Below are positions 9,337 to 19,540 of a DNA stretch of 64,000 bases, piece after piece. Both the position numbers and the translations under genes were made by a program. This DNA is from an uncultured bacterium. GTDB lineage: Bacteria; Zixibacteria; MSB-5A5; GN15; FEB-12. Every line of letters begins with the position of its first letter. Position 1 is the first letter of the stretch. The stretch is taken from positions 32,001 to 96,000 of the forward strand of contig CBDVDR010000008.1 of the NCBI GenBank assembly GCA_965372795.1, given 5' to 3'. The notes under the pieces are model-generated. The model searched no databases. It was not told the origin of the DNA and saw nothing but the letters and a program-made list of their open reading frames with translations.

Positions 9337-10797
9337 TTATTTAATATTAACTAAGCTGTTTAAGAAGCCTGAAAATTTGATTCGAATAAATGGTAAGCTT
9401 TGGTTTTCATCTTCGATATGGGAAAAGTTTGAAATATGTTCAAGCCCGGTTTCAACATCACAGTAAAAATGATCGGCAATAAATCCTTTGACGCCTACTG
9501 AAACATTGAATCTTTTTTCAACCTGACCCGTTGGAAACGGTTCCTGATAATCACCGTCAATATCCATCCAGGGTTCGCTCCACTCAGCCGTTACTCTGCC
9601 TTCCCCCTGACGGTGATACGATAACAATAAGATGCCTTCAAAGCTTTTCGTGAACCATCGCATAACTTTAAGACTATAGCGGTCGTAATCATTGCCCAGC
9701 GCTCCGCCAATCAAATTACCATCGTTTAAATAACGATTACGATCCAAAACCTGATTAAAAGTCCAGTTGTTCACCCGCGAATATTCAGCTTTGATATCTA
9801 CCAAATCAAGAACATCAACGAAGTAGGCTCCGGCAAGATATCCGATTTCATTCGGTTCCTGATCGCTTTGGATCTCGTTGTCAATTTGGAAATCGTCAAT
9901 AAGCAATTGTCCGTAAAATTTTATACCGGCTTGAGGTTTATAAGAAAAATCAAATCCAAGAAAAGTATTATCATTTCGATTTTTATTCAGTTGATTGGAG
10001 TGGTACATCATTATGGGGTTGAGATAATAAAATTCTACATTTCTCCCAATCCCTCCGAAAACAACGGTTTCAAATATCCCTAAACGAAAATTATCTGAAA
10101 AATCAATATCAAGCCTGTGCCCGGCGAAGTATCTGTCTTCATTTTCCAAATTTGAATTATGCAATACTTTCGTTCGATCAAGTTGTGCCAAACGATATGA
10201 AAAAGTCAGTCGCCCATATTTCCAATTATACTCAAGCCCGTCCATCGTAGTTGAAGGTGCTAATAATAATGAGTTGCGTTCTCCCCAGAAAGATGCAAAC
10301 CGACCGAGCATAATTCTAAAATTATTCAATTTAAAAACGGCAATGCTGTTTTCCACTTTGCCGGCGAAACCGCGCCATTTTTTTCCGGTGTAATTTGGAT
10401 CTTTCGCCTTTTTTTCATCGAGAACAAAATTACTAAAGAAAAACAAATTCTTTGAAGGAGAAAAAGATAAACCTCCTCGAATATTTTCAATACCGTTCCC
10501 ACGAGATAATTTAACCGACCTGAAATCCTCGGATAATATTGCAAAAAGATTTATGCTCTCACTTTTCGGTTTAAAATATTCTTCAAAGGGCGAGATTGAA
10601 AAATCTTCGCGGTCTAAAGTATAAGGACCAAGTTGAAAATCATATTTATCAAGCGACAATGCATCAAGTCGTTCAAAACGATCATAGAGAAAATCAAACT
10701 CACTAATGCCTGCCGGTAGTACAGCTGCTTGAACAGCACCGATTAATATAATAGATAGAACTAAAAAATAGAGTAGTTTATAAATTGAGAAGCGCAT
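9337..10797 (-). CDS. Capsule assembly Wzi-family outer-membrane protein
   Basis: Signal peptide; RYFAGHRLD, LGIFETVVF, YLNP, FYGQLLIDD; polysaccharide gene context. Confidence 0.75.
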   Translation of the reverse strand: MRFSIYKLLYFLVLSIILIGAVQAAVLPAGISEFDFLYDRFERLDALSLDKYDFQLGPYTLDREDFSISPFEEYFKPKSESINLFAILSEDFRSVKLSRGNGIENIRGGLSFSPSKNLFFFSNFVLDEKKAKDPNYTGKKWRGFAGKVENSIAVFKLNNFRIMLGRFASFWGERNSLLLAPSTTMDGLEYNWKYGRLTFSYRLAQLDRTKVLHNSNLENEDRYFAGHRLDIDFSDNFRLGIFETVVFGGIGRNVEFYYLNPIMMYHSNQLNKNRNDNTFLGFDFSYKPQAGIKFYGQLLIDDFQIDNEIQSDQEPNEIGYLAGAYFVDVLDLVDIKAEYSRVNNWTFNQVLDRNRYLNDGNLIGGALGNDYDRYSLKVMRWFTKSFEGILLLSYHRQGEGRVTAEWSEPWMDIDGDYQEPFPTGQVEKRFNVSVGVKGFIADHFYCDVETGLEHISNFSHIEDENQSLPFIRIKFSGFLNSLVNIK

Positions 10798-10821
10798 AAG
10801 ATTCGCTGATAAGTAGGGATG

Positions 10822-12222
10822 CTACGATGCTCCCTGTCCCTTCATAACTGCCGGGATTGTTTTTAAAATAAGTTTTGTATCCAGCCACAATGACCAATTA
10901 TCTATATACTGAAGATCAAGTCTCATCCAATCGTCAAAATCAATCGCATTACGTCCGTTGACCTGCCAGATACATGTTACCCCCGGTTTCACCGATAATT
11001 TACGATGTTGCCAGGGTTCATATTGTTCAACCTCTTTCGGTAATGGCGGACGGGGTCCGACCAACGACATATCGCCCTGAAGGATATTAAAAAATTGCGG
11101 GAGTTCATCAATTGAGTATTTTCTTAACAATCGTCCCACTCTTGTAACCCGGGGATCATCTTTAATCTTAAAGACCGGACCTGACATCTCATTCAAGTCA
11201 GCCAGATTATCCTTTTTCTCCTCAGCGTCACTGCACATAGTACGAAATTTATATAATTCAAACCTTCTGCCATTTAATCCGCTTCGAACCTGCTTGAAAA
11301 AAATCGGTCCTTTACTGTCAAGTTTGATAGCTATTATAGAAGCTAAAATAACCGGAGAAGCTATAAGTAACCCAGCCATAGCACCAATTTTATCCATCAC
11401 ATTTTTCAATAACAATGGCAATCTCGCCAGAGGAACGGCTGTATATACAATCGCCGGATATCCATTTAAAAATGCCGGGTTTGGACGGGTCAGTTTAGAT
11501 TCATACAAGTTAGGCATGAAGCAAACCGGAACACCCATTTTTTCTGAAACCTCAAATAGTGATTGAGTATATTGTAAATCTTTAGGTTCGGTCGCAATGA
11601 TTATGGAATTAATGTGACAAACTGCGGCAATGCGTTCAAAATCATCAGGATGACCGATCAGAGGCACATCCCGAAAACGCCACAGTCCTGTTTTTTTATA
11701 ATCTATAAATCCGATTAATAAAGAATCAAGTTCAGGAGAATCAAGAATTAATGATGCAACTTCTTTTGCTCTTTTTCCTGTCCCAACTATTATTACTTGT
11801 TTTGTAAAATTGTGACTCCGGGAGTCTTTTGTTTTTGACAACAATTTAATAACAAGGTTATTTAAAATAGTCATCGTGAATTGTAATAGACCATTACATA
11901 AAACAAACAAACCAATACTTATTCTTGATACCGGCCAATCCAATAAATAACAAGCCGATAAGAAAAGCAGACTGATAAGAGATTCATCTATAAAAACATT
12001 TTTTACTTTTTGATGATTTAAATAAGCTTTAAGGACCGGCATCGGCGGTCTATAAAGTCGGTAGCCAAGCCGAATTACAAACAAAGCTGCCAGCATTTCA
12101 AAAATAAAATCATTTGTTTGATTAGTCAGTAATACCGCACCCCACAAAGTCAAAAGCGATACAAAAGTCGCTCCGGCAGGTCCGGAAAATAACATAAATA
12201 TATTTTTTAAAATCTTATTCAA
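10822..12222 (-). CDS. Polyprenyl-phosphate sugar-1-phosphate transferase (WcaJ/WbaP type)
   Basis: TMs, Rossmann-like IVGTG, KFRTM, DDPRVT, DELPQ, GDMSLVGPRP, YIDNWSLWLD. Confidence 0.93.
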   Translation of the reverse strand: MNKILKNIFMLFSGPAGATFVSLLTLWGAVLLTNQTNDFIFEMLAALFVIRLGYRLYRPPMPVLKAYLNHQKVKNVFIDESLISLLFLSACYLLDWPVSRISIGLFVLCNGLLQFTMTILNNLVIKLLSKTKDSRSHNFTKQVIIVGTGKRAKEVASLILDSPELDSLLIGFIDYKKTGLWRFRDVPLIGHPDDFERIAAVCHINSIIIATEPKDLQYTQSLFEVSEKMGVPVCFMPNLYESKLTRPNPAFLNGYPAIVYTAVPLARLPLLLKNVMDKIGAMAGLLIASPVILASIIAIKLDSKGPIFFKQVRSGLNGRRFELYKFRTMCSDAEEKKDNLADLNEMSGPVFKIKDDPRVTRVGRLLRKYSIDELPQFFNILQGDMSLVGPRPPLPKEVEQYEPWQHRKLSVKPGVTCIWQVNGRNAIDFDDWMRLDLQYIDNWSLWLDTKLILKTIPAVMKGQGAS

Positions 12223-12434
12223 AACCTTAATCGTTCCTTAGCAAATTATGTCAACAGAATAGTTAAATTTATAACCAAAATGCCTCGTTTGTCAACAAAC
12301 ATGATGGTTTTTAACCATTTATAACAAAATATCAATACTTTTTATAATACAGGACATAAATTGTGCTGAATAATTTTAGATTTTTCCTTAATTTTGATAT
12401 ATTCTGATTCAGTTTGTAATTGAACCAAGGATGT

Positions 12435-13454
12435 TTATTCTTGTTTGATAGTTGCTGTTATCCTTGAATGAGTATCCTGTTTTTCTTCTGAAGGTCTTCT
12501 TATAGTTGTTTTAAGGATATTTTTTGCCGTCAGCTGATAATATTCACTCGGCATCTTTTGAAAAGCCTCAATCAGTTTATCATTAGTTAACACTGATTGA
12601 ATTTGATAACGCATGTAATTTTTCATTAAAGGATAACCATCAAGGTTCTCAATCGCAATTTTATGTCGGGCGATATGATTTCCCACCCTGGCAGTATCTT
12701 TCACTTTTATCAGCAGATAGTCGCCAGCCACTATTCGAGATCTTACACCAATTCTGTTTAATTGGGTTGCAAGACGCAATGATTCTTCGTGTATCTCGTC
12801 CAACCGCATTTTAGTGGCTTGATCGTTAAGTATAATCGTCATTATTGATTTTCTTAAAATTGTCGAAAATGGTTTCTGAGGAATAAGTTCTTTCAGTCTG
12901 CTTATAGTACGTGATGAAGAAACAGCATAACCTGCTTCAAAAGAATTCAATCCAAATGTAGCTGTAAAAGACCGCAATACAATCACATTATCAAACTTAT
13001 CCAGTAGCATTCTTCCGGTTATTCCAAAAAAATCATAATAATATTCATCAATAATTAAATTTCCTTCCGGGATAGCATTATGAATATTTTCAAGCTCTGC
13101 AAGAGAAAAGTTTGCACCGGTTAATCTGTTTGGATTGGCAATATAGACTATATCCTTCGGTGATTGAATAGCATCAATAATATTTGAAATATCACTTGAA
13201 AATGGCGTTTTACCAAATATTTCTTCGAGTTCCATATCCGCCCGATCAGCTGCAATAGCTATCTCAGGCAAAACCTGTCCGCACGCTATAATTTTATTCC
13301 TGATTGTATCACTGTATTTGAAAAGTTCCGTTAGAAAATTGGTAAAGTCCTGATATGGACTGATCATATTTCTATTCACTTTGATGCGCGCTGCGATCAA
13401 AGAAAGAATATCATCTAAATCTAGTTTAGTTGCAGCTTCTATCATGTTATTCAT
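12435..13454 (-). CDS. HisC-like class I/II aminotransferase-fold protein lacking the PLP lysine
   Basis: IANPNRLTG, IIDEYY, LRSFTATFGLNSFEAGY versus canonical RTFSKAYGLAGLRIGY. Confidence 0.75.
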   Translation of the reverse strand: MNNMIEAATKLDLDDILSLIAARIKVNRNMISPYQDFTNFLTELFKYSDTIRNKIIACGQVLPEIAIAADRADMELEEIFGKTPFSSDISNIIDAIQSPKDIVYIANPNRLTGANFSLAELENIHNAIPEGNLIIDEYYYDFFGITGRMLLDKFDNVIVLRSFTATFGLNSFEAGYAVSSSRTISRLKELIPQKPFSTILRKSIMTIILNDQATKMRLDEIHEESLRLATQLNRIGVRSRIVAGDYLLIKVKDTARVGNHIARHKIAIENLDGYPLMKNYMRYQIQSVLTNDKLIEAFQKMPSEYYQLTAKNILKTTIRRPSEEKQDTHSRITATIKQE

Positions 13455-13492
13455 TTCCTTATGATATTATAATTCCTTTGAATAATATTATC

Positions 13493-13507
13493 GCAAGGCT
13501 GATGCCA
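13493..13507 (-). promoter_or_regulatory. Sigma54 -24/-12 promoter
   Basis: TGGCATCAGCCTTGC, exact GG-N10-GC spacing, about 40 nt before the ATG at 13454. Confidence 0.7.
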
Positions 13508-13601
13508 AACAGTAGAATGCGACAAATAGATGTTATCTAATTAAACAACAACAGATTACAACCAACCCTGAAATTGTCTTTTTAATTTTATATTTCAAGA
13601 C

Positions 13602-13641
13602 ATGGTATTTTTTTCCATGATGTGATTGAAAATATTTCCAA
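13602..13641. promoter_or_regulatory. Tandem palindromic sites, putative enhancer-binding-protein UAS
   Basis: ATGGTATTTTTTTCCAT (13602) and ATTGAAAATATTTCCAA (13625). Confidence 0.5.
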
Positions 13642-13712
13642 AAAAATTCGCCGAAGAAATGCGCTTTCTCCGACGAATATTAGGAAGGTAAACCAAAAAA
13701 TGGAACGAAAAT

Positions 13713-16079
13713 TTATAATTTACTAACTATATAAATAGTTGTCAAAATTCCTGTTGTAGCTGAAAGCACTTCGGTAAATGCTTTAAGGAAATTTCTCTCT
13801 CTTTCAATTTTAGAAGGCACAAAGATAACGTCACCAATGAGAACTTTTTGTCCGAGAGATTTCTTCCCAGAGATAATTTCCCCGTTAGCCCTAATTAGCT
13901 TAGTTTCATTTTTATCAGAACGGCGGGTAAAATTACCGGCACGCTTTATATAATCTTTAACTTTCAATCCTTGATTGAATTTGATAGTCCCATTGGCGCC
14001 AACAGCACCCATAACTGTTACCCCGGAAGGGATTGAAGGGACATATACCTGATCTCCAGGCTCTAAGATGATATCGCCTTGCTTGCCTTCTGAATCTAAC
14101 AGTTTTTCCATATCAATAATAATACGATTAACAGATTTCAGATCGAATTCAAAGACATTTGAACGAACCAGATTCCCGACAGAATCTTCCACCAAAGGCT
14201 GTGTTTTTTCAATCAGACCTCGGATATGAATTCTCTGCATATTTTCACCGATTGATTCACGTTCAAGAACCAATCCGGTTGGAAAAGCGGTGCGAGTAAA
14301 CCCTCCGGTTCTTTTTATAATCTGATAAAGTGTTTCATCACGGCTTGATAACATATATTGACCCGGATAACGAACTTCCCCTTCAATCGCAACAACCGGA
14401 TTAAACTGCCACTCTGGAATATGACGGACATAAAGATGATCATCTTCTTCCAAAATTATTTTTTTTACAGAATCACTAGCTAATGATATATACATCAAAG
14501 ACACTTCACCGCTTGAATCCAAGCGAGCCAGCTCGGCTTCGTGACGGGAAGCTTCCCGATTATATGAACCGGCAAGAAAGATTAAATCGGCCACTGTCAT
14601 ATTATTATAGAGACGGTATTGCCCCGGCTCTTTTATAGCTCCTTCAATAAACACCCATTTATCCCAGCTGATCTCTTCGATTGAATGAATATGGATCGAA
14701 TCAAGATCCATAAGCAGCAAGTCAGCTTCGGGATTGCCGTCAATTATTTCGCGGAGATTTATGGCAATTACTTCGGTGCTCCAATCTTCATAACGTCTGA
14801 ATAAATCTGCTCTCTCGAGGTAGACATCATAGGTTTGAAGATGTGATTGGAGAAGAAGATCCGATATTTTAGTCGAGTCGTTGCGTTCATAGTAGCCCGG
14901 ATGTTGTACTTGTCCAAATATCCCGACTTTACTTTTCTCAAAATCAAATATTCCATTAACCGTAATTCTATCACCATCCTGAAGAACCAGCTTATCAACC
15001 GGTTTTGAACTGAGGGGATTAAGATTTAAATCCAGTACAACCCATTCTTTTTGATTGGAAATTCTTTCGAGCATAACCCGGTCAAGATAAGCAGTCGGAG
15101 TTGGATTTCCTGCCAGAGCAAGCAAATCATTGCCGGTTTCATTCCCTAATAATTCATAAATTGCCGGTCGATTAATCTCACCTCTGATAGCTACCCGGCT
15201 CCCTGCTACGGGTACAAAGATAACATCGCCCGATTCAAGTCGCAGATCATTAGTATTGTCACCTTTGAGGAGGAAATCATAAAGATCAACAGTTGCTCTC
15301 TTTTTGCCATTTCTCATCAATTTTATCTGTCTCATTGAGCCCAGGTTATTCGGACCGCTCGCAAAATATAAAGCATTATAGACTGATGATAATGAACTAA
15401 CTGTATATGCGCCGGGATATTTCACTTCGCCGCTGATAAAAATTCTTATGGAGCGGATTTTCCCAAGTGAAACTGTTATTTTAAAATCTGAGTAAGCACT
15501 CGATAATCTTTCCTTAGCTAATTCAGTGAATTTCTCTACTGTAAGTCCCCAGGCAACTATTTCTCCAACCTGTTGGATGAATATTTTACCTTCACGATCG
15601 AGAGTAAGATTTAACTGCTTATCGACTCGTCCCCAAAGATAAATGATTACATTATCACCCGGTCCAAGAATATAATCCGAGGCAGCAGCAATTTCTACAG
15701 GAGGTTCTAAATCACGGGGGTCATCAAAAATCTCTAAACCAAACGGCTTTAGATCTTCAAAAGGGATTAATTCCACTTTTTTTTGTAAAGTGCTATCCTG
15801 TTCAAGATCAATTAAGCTTTGATATTTTTGCTTTAAAGAGTCAGGAATTAGTGATTTTTTTTCAGTTTTAGTGGTTTTATCCTCCTGGTCGTATATAGGA
15901 GGAGTCTTGTATGAATTATCTAAGCTGTCATTATCTGCTTGTAATTGATACTGTTTTATGAGTTGTTCTTTTTCCTCGTCTGATAACTTGGACAGGTCTT
16001 GCGCCAGAACCACCTTAAACCAGTTAAGCGAAACAATAATTATTACAAATAAGATAAAGAATAAAATTCTTTTTAACAT
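13713..16079 (-). CDS. SLBB-repeat polysaccharide export protein (KpsD/Wza-like)
   Basis: PFGLEIF, DYILGPGD (Poly_export), repeated GEV..PG.Y SLBB units; start moved to ATG 16079 (SD AGGAAGG, signal peptide). Confidence 0.92.
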   Translation of the reverse strand: MLKRILFFILFVIIIVSLNWFKVVLAQDLSKLSDEEKEQLIKQYQLQADNDSLDNSYKTPPIYDQEDKTTKTEKKSLIPDSLKQKYQSLIDLEQDSTLQKKVELIPFEDLKPFGLEIFDDPRDLEPPVEIAAASDYILGPGDNVIIYLWGRVDKQLNLTLDREGKIFIQQVGEIVAWGLTVEKFTELAKERLSSAYSDFKITVSLGKIRSIRIFISGEVKYPGAYTVSSLSSVYNALYFASGPNNLGSMRQIKLMRNGKKRATVDLYDFLLKGDNTNDLRLESGDVIFVPVAGSRVAIRGEINRPAIYELLGNETGNDLLALAGNPTPTAYLDRVMLERISNQKEWVVLDLNLNPLSSKPVDKLVLQDGDRITVNGIFDFEKSKVGIFGQVQHPGYYERNDSTKISDLLLQSHLQTYDVYLERADLFRRYEDWSTEVIAINLREIIDGNPEADLLLMDLDSIHIHSIEEISWDKWVFIEGAIKEPGQYRLYNNMTVADLIFLAGSYNREASRHEAELARLDSSGEVSLMYISLASDSVKKIILEEDDHLYVRHIPEWQFNPVVAIEGEVRYPGQYMLSSRDETLYQIIKRTGGFTRTAFPTGLVLERESIGENMQRIHIRGLIEKTQPLVEDSVGNLVRSNVFEFDLKSVNRIIIDMEKLLDSEGKQGDIILEPGDQVYVPSIPSGVTVMGAVGANGTIKFNQGLKVKDYIKRAGNFTRRSDKNETKLIRANGEIISGKKSLGQKVLIGDVIFVPSKIERERNFLKAFTEVLSATTGILTTIYIVSKL

Positions 16080-16149
16080 CCTGTTACCTTCCTTAGCAAC
16101 GTGATCGCATCCTATGATCACACCGTTTCCATCACATTGCAATAGGGAA

Positions 16150-16164
16150 GCAAAGTCAGTGCCG
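16150..16164 (-). promoter_or_regulatory. Sigma54 -24/-12 promoter
   Basis: CGGCACTGACTTTGC with exact spacing, 70 nt upstream of ATG 16079. Confidence 0.7.
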
Positions 16165-16260
16165 AAATTTTTCATTTTACCGTAAGTGTTTGTTTCGCAT
16201 TGAAATACAATTTCCATTTGCTCAATGCGACCCGGTTCTTGGTTAAAAATAAGCGAAATA

Positions 16261-16299
16261 ATGGAAACTGTTTCTATTTTGTGGAGAAAGATTTTCCTT
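16261..16299. promoter_or_regulatory. Tandem palindromic sites, putative enhancer-binding-protein UAS
   Basis: ATGGAAACTGTTTCTAT (16261) and GGAGAAAGATTTTCCTT (16283); same offset from -24 as the 13602 pair. Confidence 0.5.
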
Positions 16300-16518
16300 G
16301 AAACAGTCTTTTCGCTTTGCTTGTAAAAAATCCATTTAATCTCCTTATAATGTCAATCAATTTATCAAATATTCAAGTCCTTATGCAAAATTAGTTAAAA
16401 AAATATTTCAAAATTTTACAGTCTTAAGGCTTGTACGTCATTATTCCTTAGTGCCTATTTAGGCTATTAAATTATGGTGTTAGAGGTCTAAAAACAGTGA
16501 CAAAATATAGGGTAACTC

Positions 16519-16547
16519 TTGACAATAGGTGAAGGTTGTAGTAATTT
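16519..16547 (+). promoter_or_regulatory. Sigma70-type promoter of the FadL-like operon
   Basis: TTGACA-N17-TAATTT. Confidence 0.5.
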
Positions 16548-16689
16548 GACAGCTTCATTTGAAGGTACCGGGCTCTAAGTGTGTCTGGTAAAAAAAGTTA
16601 GTCGTTTTTTACTGATGAGGAAGTCGAACAAGGGCATCTGCATCATTTGGTCAAGACATGAAAATTAAATGTAATACTAATTTACGGAG

Positions 16690-18186
16690 ATGAGAATGAG
16701 GATTATAAGATTCTCGGTTTTTGTTATGCTTGTCGTAGCTTTACTCTCTCCAGTATTGCTGGCAAGCGGTTTTGAAAATTCCGGACTGGGTATGAAAGCC
16801 CGGGGAATGTCCGGTGCTTTTCGTGCGGTTGCAAGCGACTGGAGCGCAGCATATTACAACCCTGCAGGGTACGCCTTTATTAACGACAACCAACTGGGTG
16901 CTGATTTTGCTTTTATGCATTATCGAAATGAATTGACACCAAATTATGAGTGGCCGGGTGGATCCGAATGGGATCAGCCGGGAATTTATAACGGTGCCAA
17001 TATATATAATTTCCACGAAGTCTTATCAAATCCATCGATTGGATTTATCGCCCGACTTCCACTTTGGGGTGAGACTGTTTTTGGTTTGTCTGGTTATCAG
17101 CCGTTTGATAATAATATCTCATGGCAGCTTTATGATCATAATACTGCGTATAATGATTCTTTGATAAGCCCGGGCGAACAATATATCAACAATCTCGATG
17201 TTGTAGCTTTTCAGTTTACCGCAGCCAAAGAATTTATAGACAGTAAACTGTCAATTGGTATTGGACTTCAGCTTCTAAGAGCTGACTTACTATTCAAGGA
17301 TGTCATATTCCGTGACAACCCTTATTGGGATAATTTGCCTGCCCAGTACCAGACTCAATTGACCAGAAAGATTACTGAATTTTCAAGTATTGACGGTAAT
17401 GGCTGGGGTTTGGGATTCCGTGGCGGCGCATTGTATAAAGTTAATGAGAAAACTAATTTGGCTGTTACTTTTAATGTGCCATTAAGTATTACTGTTACCG
17501 GCGAATCAGTACTAAAATTCCACCTGCCGGATATCCCGTCATATCATGGTGACTCGGTTCAAATTACAAACCCGGGACAACCTGGTAATCTGTTTGTAGC
17601 CGGAGCAGAATTAATAGATTCAGCCGATTTTGAAACAACTTTGAATTTACCTGTTTCCTTCGGTTTTGGATTATCATACAAAGTTAATGATAAATTTACT
17701 TTATCTGCTGATGCTGAATACACAAACTGGAGTTCATTCGACGGTTTTGAGTTCGCATTCAGCAATCATAGAGGATTACCAACCTCGGCTGATACTTCTG
17801 CTATTGTCAGCAGTTTTGTAACAGCTGACTTGTCCAATCCGGTTGAATGGGATAATACAATAAAGCTAATGGCTGGAATTGATTATACTTTTGCTGATTA
17901 TTTAACGATAGTTGGTGGAACTGTTTTTGATCAATCACCTATTCGTGATATCAAACAGACTATTCCACAATTTGTTGATACCGGTAATAAGCTTGGAATT
18001 AGTGGAGGATTAATTTTCCACATACAGCAATGGGATCTTGGTCTTGTTACAGCTTATACAAAAGCTGATGATCTGACTGTTGACGGTCTGAATGATCTTG
18101 ACAACGACGGCAATTTTGACAGCTTTGCCGGAGACTATGTATCCAAAACCTATGAAACTGTACTGTCAATTAACTACCGGTTTTAG
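16690..18186 (+). CDS. FadL/OmpP1/TodX-family outer-membrane transport barrel
   Basis: Signal peptide then SGF, ARGMSGA, D.SAAYYNPAG; C-terminal YRF. Confidence 0.88.
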   Translation: MRMRIIRFSVFVMLVVALLSPVLLASGFENSGLGMKARGMSGAFRAVASDWSAAYYNPAGYAFINDNQLGADFAFMHYRNELTPNYEWPGGSEWDQPGIYNGANIYNFHEVLSNPSIGFIARLPLWGETVFGLSGYQPFDNNISWQLYDHNTAYNDSLISPGEQYINNLDVVAFQFTAAKEFIDSKLSIGIGLQLLRADLLFKDVIFRDNPYWDNLPAQYQTQLTRKITEFSSIDGNGWGLGFRGGALYKVNEKTNLAVTFNVPLSITVTGESVLKFHLPDIPSYHGDSVQITNPGQPGNLFVAGAELIDSADFETTLNLPVSFGFGLSYKVNDKFTLSADAEYTNWSSFDGFEFAFSNHRGLPTSADTSAIVSSFVTADLSNPVEWDNTIKLMAGIDYTFADYLTIVGGTVFDQSPIRDIKQTIPQFVDTGNKLGISGGLIFHIQQWDLGLVTAYTKADDLTVDGLNDLDNDGNFDSFAGDYVSKTYETVLSINYRF

Positions 18187-18195
18187 CGGAGGGAT

Positions 18196-19473
18196 ATGAT
18201 GCTAAAAATATTTCGATATACTGTTTTAATCTCGATGTTGACCCTTTTGTTTGTATCCGGTTGTTCTGATCGAGGAACAAACATTCCGGTAAAACCTGAC
18301 ACCGATTTCATCCGCTCTTTACAGGATGTTAAAATTGCTCCGTTGGTTCATGATTTCTATCCGGAATTGTCATTTCAGATACGTAACCAATTCCGCTTAC
18401 TGGAAATGGCTGTTTATGTACCGGACATCGCCTTCCCTGAACCTTACGGCACAGAAGAAAGTGTTCCGCTTTTAGTTCTGCTTCCTCCACAGGATGGTGA
18501 TCAGTATTATTATTTCAATCACGGGCTTCAACAGCTTGCTGATGATCTGATTGCTGATGGCACCATTGAACCGATGATTATCTGTTGTATCACCAACGAT
18601 AAAGCCTTTGGCGGTTACTTCTATGCGTCAAGCAACCCGGCTGGTGATTATGATGAAATTATTGGTAATAAGTTAATTGGGTATATGGAACAAAGTTTCC
18701 CGGTTATTGAATCTCCTGCAAAAAGAGGTATTGGCGGGGTTGGCATGGGCGCCTATGGTGCATTCCGTTCAACTATCTTAAACCCGAATATCTATTCTGC
18801 AATTTCAGCAACCGATGGTCCTCTTGATTTTGACGGTGCTGATGGAAGCTCCGGTTTGATGGATCTCTTTGATGATGCTCTTACCGAACAGGGTCTTGAT
18901 GAAACAACTTTCAAAAACTTTGACACAACCGGTGCCTGGCATGTTTCCCGACTTTTTGTCGGGGGAGCCTTGGCGTTCTCGCCGCATGATACTTTGATTT
19001 ATTCTCATGATGTTCTCATTACCCAGATGGTCAACGGTGTTATTGTTTCTCAAAATTTACAGCTTAATATTGATTCAACTTTGACTTATGATGATGAAAC
19101 AACTTTGATCGCTGATGTCGTTAGCGGCGTAAGAGATTTAGATTTTCATCTTCCGTTCAGTGGTACCGGCGAGGTTTACGGACCAATCTGGCAGCTCTGG
19201 CTGGATAACAATCTTGAAACATTAATAGCTGATAAAGGTCCATCCGCCTTAGCGGGGGTTGAGATTCAAATTAGAACTACTCCGGAAGCCCGTTTTGGTT
19301 TTTATAACCAGACTCAATCCTGGGTTAATACAATTATGAATCCGCCTTACAGTTATAAAATTGATTATGAAAGATATACCGGTTTTGACGGTAACCCGGC
19401 TACTAACGACCAATATCTTTATGAAGTAATGAAAGATATGTTAATTTTCCATTCCAATAACTTTGGAAAATAG
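18196..19473 (+). CDS. Lipoprotein with esterase (alpha/beta-hydrolase) fold, nucleophile Ser replaced by Gly
   Basis: Lipobox VSGC; VYVP, PLLVLL, RGIGGVGMGAYGA versus canonical GxSMGGYGA. Confidence 0.75.
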   Translation: MMLKIFRYTVLISMLTLLFVSGCSDRGTNIPVKPDTDFIRSLQDVKIAPLVHDFYPELSFQIRNQFRLLEMAVYVPDIAFPEPYGTEESVPLLVLLPPQDGDQYYYFNHGLQQLADDLIADGTIEPMIICCITNDKAFGGYFYASSNPAGDYDEIIGNKLIGYMEQSFPVIESPAKRGIGGVGMGAYGAFRSTILNPNIYSAISATDGPLDFDGADGSSGLMDLFDDALTEQGLDETTFKNFDTTGAWHVSRLFVGGALAFSPHDTLIYSHDVLITQMVNGVIVSQNLQLNIDSTLTYDDETTLIADVVSGVRDLDFHLPFSGTGEVYGPIWQLWLDNNLETLIADKGPSALAGVEIQIRTTPEARFGFYNQTQSWVNTIMNPPYSYKIDYERYTGFDGNPATNDQYLYEVMKDMLIFHSNNFGK

Positions 19474-19490
19474 ATTTAAGAAAATTAAAG

Positions 19491-19525
19491 AAACCCGGAA
19501 GAGAATCTCTCTTTCGGGTTTTTTT
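19491..19525 (+). terminator. Intrinsic terminator
   Basis: ACCCGGAAGAG...CTCTTTCGGGT followed by T-run. Confidence 0.8.
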
Positions 19526-19540
19526 GTACGAGGTGTGAAA

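Noticed and set aside
9185..9466. 93-aa plus-strand ORF
   Set aside because: Overlaps the wzi 3' end antisense, TTG start without SD, no motif
16612..16665. CTGATGAG...GAAA as a hammerhead ribozyme in the FadL leader
   Set aside because: Could not build stems I-III around the core
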